Position numbers and translations under genes: made by a program. This document shows positions 41,001-48,405 of a stretch of DNA of 64,000 bases, one piece after another. This DNA is from Sphingobacteriales bacterium (GTDB lineage: Bacteria > Bacteroidota > Bacteroidia > Chitinophagales > LD1): contig JADFDM010000011.1 in the NCBI GenBank assembly GCA_018262795.1, positions 44,143-108,142 of the forward strand, given 5' to 3'. The notes under the pieces were generated by a model. That model saw nothing but the letters and a program-made list of their open reading frames with translations. It was not told the origin of the DNA and ran no database searches. How positions within the stretch are numbered: the first letter of the stretch is position 1; each line of letters starts with the position of its first letter.

Positions 41001-41830
41001 TACGGTACGATTATATCAAAGTATAAGGAAGAATCGGCCACGGCACCATTGTGATTTAAGTGCAAATAAATCCGCCAGTCACCGCTCATGGTGTAGTTTA
41101 CTTTGCCGAGGTAATGTCCGTTAGCAGTAAAAATCGGATTCTCATTCAGTGGCGAGCCATGCCCCATTGACATCATTTGCGGATTGATGACCGTAGTATA
41201 GTCATTAGCCGCAGGGAAGCTCATCATACCGGTCTTTTTGTGGATAGCAATCTCGAAATCATTGACCCCTGCCAAAGGATTTATTGGCTTCACAATAGAG
41301 ATAAACAACTTGGAGCTATCATCCAGAGTAGTCAGCGATTTCATTTTAGCCAGCGTAGGATTCAGCACATTTGCACTAAAGGCAGCCGTGCCGGAGAAAC
41401 CGGTTGTATGGTTCAGCAACTGCACGTTCAACACCCAACTTCCCATACTGCCCGTAGGCATCACAAACACCACGGCACAAGGAAATAAACCCTCCGCAGC
41501 CAGCGATGAAGCGGGGTTTTCAAAAGGGCTTGAATGGCTCATACTGCCCGTCATGGTCATCATAGGGTTCAGCGTAACATCGGCATTCATTACCCGCTCG
41601 TTAGTGGCCGAATCGTAAAGCGCTAAATACAATTGATTATAGCCTACAAAAAAGCTATCGGCAGCATACACCTCGACTCGGGTGGCCGAACCGGTGGCAT
41701 AGCCATTGGATAGCAACTTCAAATTTGTAGGGATGGGATATGTGGGATCAGGAGTAGTTGTTTTTTTGCAAGAAGGCATAAACACCACAGCGATAAATAC
41801 GGCAATAGCCGCAAACAATATTTTTTTCAT
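41000..41830 (-). CDS. Met/His-rich lipoprotein with two YtkA/FixH-like repeats
   Basis: Lipobox PSC, PMMTMTGSMSHSSP, PQMMSMGHGSP, NYTMSGDW. Confidence 0.7.
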   Translation of the reverse strand: MKKILFAAIAVFIAVVFMPSCKKTTTPDPTYPIPTNLKLLSNGYATGSATRVEVYAADSFFVGYNQLYLALYDSATNERVMNADVTLNPMMTMTGSMSHSSPFENPASSLAAEGLFPCAVVFVMPTGSMGSWVLNVQLLNHTTGFSGTAAFSANVLNPTLAKMKSLTTLDDSSKLFISIVKPINPLAGVNDFEIAIHKKTGMMSFPAANDYTTVINPQMMSMGHGSPLNENPIFTANGHYLGKVNYTMSGDWRIYLHLNHNGAVADSSLYFDIIVP

Positions 41831-41879
41831 GCGATTTTATTTTGACAATTAAGAAGGTGGCTACTACCGTGAGTAGCGC

Positions 41880-42302
41880 TTAAACGAAGAAATATAGAGC
41901 GCTATATTTCGGTACAGGCGGGTGAAATATGTCGCTAAAGTTTCGAGAGAGGTAAGTCGCCTCCACAGAATGCCAAGGCAACAATTCAACTTTATCGAAC
42001 ACAACCACCGCCAAGAACCAAGTGTGAATATCCATAACTGTTTCTTCCTGATGAATCGGTATGGTAGGAGTAGAAGTGTCTTTTTGTTGCTCGCTTTTTT
42101 TAAGTTGTTTGGCTAAATAACACTTGCCATTACAGTGCATGGCTTTATTGGATCTATTCTCACAAAGGTTATTGGCGATATAATCCTTGTTGAGCAAGTA
42201 ACTCGCCAGCACCCCTCCTTTACCGGCACTCTCAAACATGACTGTTGCCGCCAAGAGGGCAGTTAGGCAAATCATAAAAAAGCGCTGCGTGCTATTTCTC
42301 AT
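41880..42302 (-). CDS. Small Cys-containing membrane leader protein ending FHPP (DUF2946/CruR-like architecture)
   Basis: Hydrophobic N-terminus, CENRSNKAMHCNGKCYL, C-terminal DIFHPP; first gene of the TonB receptor operon. Confidence 0.7.
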   Translation of the reverse strand: MRNSTQRFFMICLTALLAATVMFESAGKGGVLASYLLNKDYIANNLCENRSNKAMHCNGKCYLAKQLKKSEQQKDTSTPTIPIHQEETVMDIHTWFLAVVVFDKVELLPWHSVEATYLSRNFSDIFHPPVPKYSALYFFV

Positions 42303-42464
42303 CTACAGGTGCAAAGGTGGCAAAATAAAAGTGATGCGGTAACTGACCCTCCTCATCCGGGAGTATGATTATTCTCGTGAGAAACAATAGTAGAAACTTA
42401 AACAAGGAAACTGATTCACCCATGAGCTGCTTCGCCTATTCTCTTTTGCGTGAATACGCATCCC

Positions 42465-43406
42465 TTATTCTAAAATCATATCGTTGGTATCGGGGTCTTT
42501 ATCCGGTCGGTTGAACACTTTGATGTTGCCGGCAAAGGAAACCATGTACACCCCGCTGAAGATAAGCGCGGCCGATAAAATTTTCTGATACGTGAGGTGA
42601 TCTTTGCCCAAGCCGATGGAGATGATGGTAGCCAACACCGGTTGCATGTATATATAAGCCCCCACCACACTGGAGTGCACTTCGCGAAGCGCCAACACAT
42701 TGAGCAGATAAGCTAAAAAAGTGGTGCCAAATACCACGAAGGCCAGCCCCATCCACGCCTGAGTAGTGAAGCCGCTCCATTGAATTTGATTGAATTGTGG
42801 AAAACCGAAAATAAGCACCGGAAACAAGCCGAAGAAGAAAACCCATTTGACCACCGTAAGCGGATGATACTTTTTCATGAGCGGTCGCACAATCACCAGA
42901 TACACGGCATAAGAGGTGGCATTGATTAAAATAAAGAAATCGCCCAGCACGGTTTTGCCCGAAAAGCTGAAACCTTTGCCACTGATAATAATTAAGGCTC
43001 CGGCAGCGCCAAATGCCAAGCCCAATATCTTCTGCCAAGTTGCCTTTTCATGCGATAGAAAAAAGGAAATGACAAATACGAGAATGGGTGTCATTATCAT
43101 TATCAAAGCCGCATTGATGGGGTGGGTAATATTCAAACCCAGAAAAAACATTTCTTGATTAATGACTACGCCAAACATGCCGCAAACGGCCAGCAGCAGC
43201 AAGTCTTTCTTCTGCACCTTTTCATTTATCCAGAAACGGTGCAACACAAAAAACAAAGCAGTGGTGATGGACACGCGAATAAATATGAAGCCGAGTGGCT
43301 CAACAAACTCCGGCATCACCATCTTTGAAACGGAAAAGCCGGCTCCGTAAAATAGGTTCACAATAAAAAGGTAAATGTGCGCTCGCAGATTCTGCATCCG
43401 TGCCAA
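42465..43406 (-). CDS. DMT/EamA family transporter
   Basis: About 10 hydrophobic segments, two EamA repeats, YIYMQPV. Confidence 0.88.
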   Translation of the reverse strand: MARMQNLRAHIYLFIVNLFYGAGFSVSKMVMPEFVEPLGFIFIRVSITTALFFVLHRFWINEKVQKKDLLLLAVCGMFGVVINQEMFFLGLNITHPINAALIMIMTPILVFVISFFLSHEKATWQKILGLAFGAAGALIIISGKGFSFSGKTVLGDFFILINATSYAVYLVIVRPLMKKYHPLTVVKWVFFFGLFPVLIFGFPQFNQIQWSGFTTQAWMGLAFVVFGTTFLAYLLNVLALREVHSSVVGAYIYMQPVLATIISIGLGKDHLTYQKILSAALIFSGVYMVSFAGNIKVFNRPDKDPDTNDMILE

Positions 43407-43436
43407 ATAATGAGCGCCAAATGTATCGGAAAAGAA

Positions 43437-44486
43437 TTACGGAAGTAGGTTCACCATTACAATCTTTCCTTCTTGCGTAATGAGGTCCTGTTGCACCCCA
43501 CCAATAAATTGGGTGCCGTTTGGGCTAAACCAACCCAAGCCTGCCCACACAGCATGACCGGCATATTGTTCGTTGTTCTGCACATTGAAATAAGTGAGTT
43601 GCTGTTTATTGCTTCCGTCTGCATTCATCATCCACCAATCCGTTCCTCCGGTGTTGCTTTTCGTATTGGTCATCCACACAATTTTGCTTCCATCGGGAGT
43701 GTAAAATCCATGCTCATTGTAATCTTTATCAGTGAGCTTCACGATGTTGTTACCCGAAGTATCCATCGTATAAATGTGTTCGTCCAAAAAAGAAGTGCCA
43801 TCCATGTCGCTACAGAAAATAAGGCGAGCATTATCGGGCGAGAACCCATAACACTCATAAAACGCATCGCCCGAAGGTTCGAAGGTTCGCACATTGCTCA
43901 CCACCGGAATGGTATCACCAATCCAAGAGAAGTCGGCCACTTTCATGGTCCAATAGCCTGCGGTTTGTTTCGGATAGAGTGGGTTGGGGGCCGCTTTGCG
44001 ATCAGTCCACGACAAATATTTTCCATTGGGAGAAAAACGCGGGCAAATAACACCGTGGTCATAGTCATTAGGAATATCCACCAGCTTGAAAGTTTTTTTG
44101 CCATCGCTGCTGATGAGCCAAATATCGCAGTAAGCCCCAAAGCCCGGCAGTGCATCGGTAGAGCTACCCGGATGATTGGCTTTTTCTACCACGGCCACCA
44201 ACCATTTACCATCGGGATACCATGCCATATTTGCAATATGTTTATTCGGCAAATCGGGATGATTACAAGTGAGGCATGTATCGTTGCTGCCATTGGGTTG
44301 TGCCAAATGAATATCATAATAGCCATCGCTTTCTTTCATCGAATAAGCAATGCGATTGCTGCCCGAATAATCCCAACTTACATCTAAGCCATGTTCGCGA
44401 AAAGGAGTAACTGCCGTGGGGAGGTGCACAGGTGCCACATTACACCCTGCTGCGAAAAAAAGAAAGAGCCATACTGATTTTCTCAT
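43437..44486 (-). CDS. TolB-like (PD40 repeat) lipoprotein
   Basis: WYPDGK, FSPNGK, FSPDN, YTPDGS repeats; lipobox AGC; start MRKSVW. Confidence 0.8.
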   Translation of the reverse strand: MRKSVWLFLFFAAGCNVAPVHLPTAVTPFREHGLDVSWDYSGSNRIAYSMKESDGYYDIHLAQPNGSNDTCLTCNHPDLPNKHIANMAWYPDGKWLVAVVEKANHPGSSTDALPGFGAYCDIWLISSDGKKTFKLVDIPNDYDHGVICPRFSPNGKYLSWTDRKAAPNPLYPKQTAGYWTMKVADFSWIGDTIPVVSNVRTFEPSGDAFYECYGFSPDNARLIFCSDMDGTSFLDEHIYTMDTSGNNIVKLTDKDYNEHGFYTPDGSKIVWMTNTKSNTGGTDWWMMNADGSNKQQLTYFNVQNNEQYAGHAVWAGLGWFSPNGTQFIGGVQQDLITQEGKIVMVNLLP

Positions 44487-44588
44487 CTTGCAAAAACAAT
44501 GATTGATAAGTTTAGAAAAAACACAAATGCCCTTCGAATATAACAGAAAGATGTGTTTATATTTAAGTAGCCAATCAAAATCGGGTCT

Positions 44589-45020
44589 ATGACTTTCTTG
44601 CAAGCGCTATACGGCACTCAATACCGCGACCTCGCGAATAACGGTCGGGAAGTTGCTAAAGGCAGGATGAATGGCAACCTCTTTCTTACGGCATACGCTA
44701 TTGTGTTTTTCTTTGTACTACTGATGACGGTGATGCTCATTTTCCCTTCGGTGAACCGCAGCCTGACCGCTTCGCTGCATTATTTTTTGGGTTACACTTC
44801 CGGCAAAACGATGGGAAAAATTTTAGCCCTTCCCTTCATGGCCATTATCTATTTTATTGTGGTGAAGATGGTGGGTACAGAACCTAATTACAACCGATTA
44901 GTAAAGGAATTTTACCGGTTGCCGGAAGAAGAACAAGCACTGGCAAATAAAAAATTGCTGATCCCTTTCTTTATACTGGTGAGTGTGTTTTTGGTGCTGG
45001 CTTTGAGTTTTCTGGTATAG
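44589..45020 (+). CDS. Hypothetical membrane protein (3 TM)
   Basis: ORF fills the gap between flanking minus-strand genes; three hydrophobic segments. Confidence 0.65.
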   Translation: MTFLQALYGTQYRDLANNGREVAKGRMNGNLFLTAYAIVFFFVLLMTVMLIFPSVNRSLTASLHYFLGYTSGKTMGKILALPFMAIIYFIVVKMVGTEPNYNRLVKEFYRLPEEEQALANKKLLIPFFILVSVFLVLALSFLV

Positions 45021-45021
45021 C

Positions 45022-46584
45022 TTACCGCAATCCTTTCTTCCAATCCACTTTTTCGTTCACCACTTCTTTGAGGCGCTCAATAGAAATACGCTCTTGTTTC
45101 ATGGTGTCGCGGTCGCGGATAGTTACGGTGTTATCGTTGAGCGTGTCGTGGTCAATGGTAATGCAGAAAGGGGTGCCAATCGCATCCTGCCTGCGATAGC
45201 GCTTGCCGATGTTGTCCTTCTCTTCATAGAAACATTTGTAATCCCATTTCAGCAGGTCAAATACTTCACGTGCTTTTTCTGCAAGGCCATCCTTCTTCAT
45301 CAACGGGAACACTGCGATTTGCACCGGAGCTAAAAACGGTGGCAGCGCCAGCACGGTTCTTTCGCTGCCATCTTCTAACTTCTCTATTCGGTAACCATTG
45401 CACATTACGGCCAAAAAGGTGCGATTCAAACCAATGGAGGTTTCTACCACATAAGGAACATAACTCTGATTCAACTCCGTGTCGAAGTACTGTAATTTCT
45501 TCCCCGAAAGCTCTTGATGACTTTTCAAATCGAAATCGGTTCGGGAATGAATGCCTTCCACTTCTTTAAATCCAAACGGAAATTTGAATTGAATATCCAC
45601 AGCCGCATTGGCATAGTGCGCCAGTTTTAGATGGTCGTATAGCTTTAGGCTCTCCTCCGCAAAGCCGAGCGAGCGATGCCATTTCCAGCGCGTTTCTTTC
45701 CATTGTTCGTACCACTGCATCTCGGTGCCGGGGCGCACAAAAAACTGCATCTCCATTTGCTCAAATTCGCGGGTGCGAAAAATGAACTGACGAGCTACAA
45801 TTTCATTGCGAAAGGCCTTGCCTATTTGCGCAATGCCAAAAGGAATTCGCTGGCGCGAAGTGTTGAGCACATTTAGAAAGTTGACAAAAATTCCCTGCGC
45901 TGTTTCAGGTCGCAGATAAATGGTGTTAGCTTCATCGGCCACCGAACCTACCTCTGTGGCAAACATCAGATTGAACTGTCGCACATCCGTCCAGTTGCGG
46001 GAACCACTCACTGGGCAGGCAATTTCTAAATCAATAATAATTTGCTTTAAATCTGCGAGGTCATTCCCCTCTAATGCCTTTTTGAAACGGTTTTCAATAG
46101 CTTGTAGTTTCTCCGTATTTCGCAGCACATTCGGATTGGTTTTTAGAAACATTCCTTTATCGAAGCTCTCTCCAAATTTCTTTTCTGCTTTGGCCACTTC
46201 CTTCTCGGTCTTCTCCTCAATTTTAGCCATCGCCTCTTCTATCAACACATCGGCCCGGTAGCGCTTCTTCGAATCTTTATTATCAATCAACGGATCATTA
46301 AATGCATCTACGTGCCCACTGGCTTTCCAAGTTTTAGGGTGCATAAAAATAGCGGCATCCAAGCCCACAATATTCTCGTGGAGTTGCACCATCGCTTTCC
46401 ACCAATACTGCTGAATGTTATTCTTTAGTTCAATACCGTAAGGGCCGTAATCATACACTGCCCCCAATCCATCATATATTTCAGACGAAGGGAAAATGAA
46501 TCCATATTCCTTGCAATGGGAAATAATTTCCTGAAAAAGGCCTGCTCGTCCGGCAGGTGGTTGCTGTGTATTCTCTTTACTCAT
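45022..46584 (-). CDS. glyS: Glycine--tRNA ligase (alpha2 type)
   Basis: YLRPETAQGIF, GKAFRNEI, FRTREFEQME, IGKRYRRQDAIGTP. Confidence 0.96.
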   Translation of the reverse strand: MSKENTQQPPAGRAGLFQEIISHCKEYGFIFPSSEIYDGLGAVYDYGPYGIELKNNIQQYWWKAMVQLHENIVGLDAAIFMHPKTWKASGHVDAFNDPLIDNKDSKKRYRADVLIEEAMAKIEEKTEKEVAKAEKKFGESFDKGMFLKTNPNVLRNTEKLQAIENRFKKALEGNDLADLKQIIIDLEIACPVSGSRNWTDVRQFNLMFATEVGSVADEANTIYLRPETAQGIFVNFLNVLNTSRQRIPFGIAQIGKAFRNEIVARQFIFRTREFEQMEMQFFVRPGTEMQWYEQWKETRWKWHRSLGFAEESLKLYDHLKLAHYANAAVDIQFKFPFGFKEVEGIHSRTDFDLKSHQELSGKKLQYFDTELNQSYVPYVVETSIGLNRTFLAVMCNGYRIEKLEDGSERTVLALPPFLAPVQIAVFPLMKKDGLAEKAREVFDLLKWDYKCFYEEKDNIGKRYRRQDAIGTPFCITIDHDTLNDNTVTIRDRDTMKQERISIERLKEVVNEKVDWKKGLR

Positions 46585-46684
46585 GGGGGCGAAAATACAA
46601 GACAAAACACGATAGGCAATAGTTCCGCATTACAGATAATCTTAGTTTTGGCGCGGTGTTTGAAAAAGTCATCACAAAAAACTT

Positions 46685-47044
46685 ATGAAGAAGAAGCTGC
46701 TATGGATTGTATTGCTCTGCGCCATTACTCCACTGAATTATGCGCAAACGGACGACTGGGAATGGATCCGAGAGGTGAGTCAGGTAAAAGCGAAAATGAA
46801 ACTGTTAGAGAATAAAGAAACCTGGGTGATCATACCGGACGATAATCAGAACATGCGCTACATGTCACAGCAACTACCCGAAGAATACAAAAAGGACGGC
46901 TTGGCCATTACCTTTAACGGGTGGATCGGAAAAATACCTCCCAATGTGCGCATGTTAGCCACTCCGCTAAAGCTAACAAAGGTATGGGTGAGCTGCGCTG
47001 ACAAGAAAAAGTATAAGTTGAAAAAAGGCAAGTACACTTTCTAA
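46685..47044 (+). CDS. Secreted hypothetical protein
   Basis: Signal peptide; LPEEYKKDGL...G..PPNVR. Confidence 0.7.
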   Translation: MKKKLLWIVLLCAITPLNYAQTDDWEWIREVSQVKAKMKLLENKETWVIIPDDNQNMRYMSQQLPEEYKKDGLAITFNGWIGKIPPNVRMLATPLKLTKVWVSCADKKKYKLKKGKYTF

Positions 47045-47119
47045 TAATTGTAAAGCCCTTTTGCTCGATTTGTTTTTATCGTTTGGTAATTCGTAATTCG
47101 CCAGTAGTAATAATTCCGC

Positions 47120-48031
47120 ATGTCAGTTAAAGTATCTCATCTCAGTAAAATTTACGGGTCACAAAAAGCAGTGGCTGATATTTCCTTTGAAGTACACAAA
47201 GGGGAAGTGCTCGGATTCTTGGGACCCAATGGTGCGGGGAAAAGTACTACGATGAAAATTCTGACCTGCTTTATTCCTCCCACCACGGGTAGCGCCTTCG
47301 TATGCGGACACGACATTACAGCCGAGCCTTTAGAAGTAGCAAAGAAAATTGGCTACCTGCCCGAAAGCAATCCACTTTACTTGGATATGTATGTGCGCGA
47401 GTATCTCGAGTTCATGGCCGGTTTGCATAAACTCGGCAAAATTACCACCGCTCGCATCAATGAAATGATTGGCGTGACCGGCCTCACAGCCGAGTGCAAA
47501 AAGAAAGTAGGCCAACTTTCAAAAGGATATAAGCAAAGAGTAGGGCTGGCGCAGGCCATGCTGCACGATCCTGAAGTGTTGATATTGGATGAACCTACCT
47601 CCGGGTTGGATCCAAACCAGTTGGTCGAAATCCGTTCGCTGATTAAGCGACTTGGCAAAAATAAAACCGTCATTTTTTCTTCACACATAATGCAGGAAGT
47701 GCAGGCTGTAGCCGATCGCGTAATTATTATCAACAAAGGAAAGATAGTAGCCAATGACACTACCGAACATCTGCAAAACCGCGAAGGGAACGAGATGCTC
47801 GTGACGGTAGAGTTTAAGCAAACAGTAGAGAAATCGCTGCTGGGCGCAATTAAAGGAGTGAAATCGCTGGAGCAATTAAAAGATGGCCGATGGAGTTTTG
47901 TATCGGCCGGGAAGAAAGACCTCCGGGAAGACATTTTCAATTTTGCTAAAGAGAAGAACCTCACCTTGCTGCATCTGAATAAAGAGGAATACTCGCTCGA
48001 GGAAGTGTTCAAACAGCTAACTCGACCCTAA
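47120..48031 (+). CDS. gldA: Gliding motility-associated ABC transporter ATP-binding subunit
   Basis: GPNGAGKST, GYLPESNPLYLDMYVREYL, LSKGYKQRVGLAQA, DEPTSGLDPNQL. Confidence 0.85.
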   Translation: MSVKVSHLSKIYGSQKAVADISFEVHKGEVLGFLGPNGAGKSTTMKILTCFIPPTTGSAFVCGHDITAEPLEVAKKIGYLPESNPLYLDMYVREYLEFMAGLHKLGKITTARINEMIGVTGLTAECKKKVGQLSKGYKQRVGLAQAMLHDPEVLILDEPTSGLDPNQLVEIRSLIKRLGKNKTVIFSSHIMQEVQAVADRVIIINKGKIVANDTTEHLQNREGNEMLVTVEFKQTVEKSLLGAIKGVKSLEQLKDGRWSFVSAGKKDLREDIFNFAKEKNLTLLHLNKEEYSLEEVFKQLTRP

Positions 48032-48077
48032 ACTTTTCATTCAATTCAGCGGAGAATTTGAAAGAAATTAGCGAGAA

Positions 48078-48145
48078 CCTGTAAGCTGCCTGTGGGAGAA
48101 CTTAATCTGAAAGACTGTTTGGCCAGCAGGCAGACAAATCACAAT
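48078..48145. repeat. Orphan degenerate CRISPR repeat with 21-nt insertion
   Basis: 48078-48113 matches repeat positions 1-36 at 30/36; insertion 48114-48134; 48135-48145 matches positions 37-47 at 10/11. Confidence 0.85.
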
Positions 48146-48295
48146 CTTAGAAAGGATGATATTTTCCCGGTTTGCGTTGTGAATGAACTTTAACGCAATA
48201 GATGGAGACAAGACTACTCTTGTGGGATAGCGCAAATTCCTTCAATGCAGAGTGCAAGCTTTTGTACAAAATGTGAAACCGAAAATATGAACGCT

Positions 48296-48340
48296 TGAAA
48301 AAGAAAAAAGGGGTGCAAAAGCAGGTTCTGCATCCCCTTT
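48296..48340 (-). terminator. Probable pre-crRNA terminator (possibly bidirectional)
   Basis: aaaggggtgca ... tgcatccccttt hairpin followed on the minus strand by TTTTTTCTTTTT. Confidence 0.65.
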
Positions 48341-48405
48341 AATCATTTTTTTTCTTTCAAAAAACAGGCGAAGAACAAGTGCTGGTAAGGGTTTCAGCAA
48401 AATCA

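Noticed and set aside
43473..44387. 304-aa plus-strand ORF
   Set aside because: Fully antisense to the TolB-like gene with no motifs; shadow ORF. The same applies to most short overlapping ORFs in the track.
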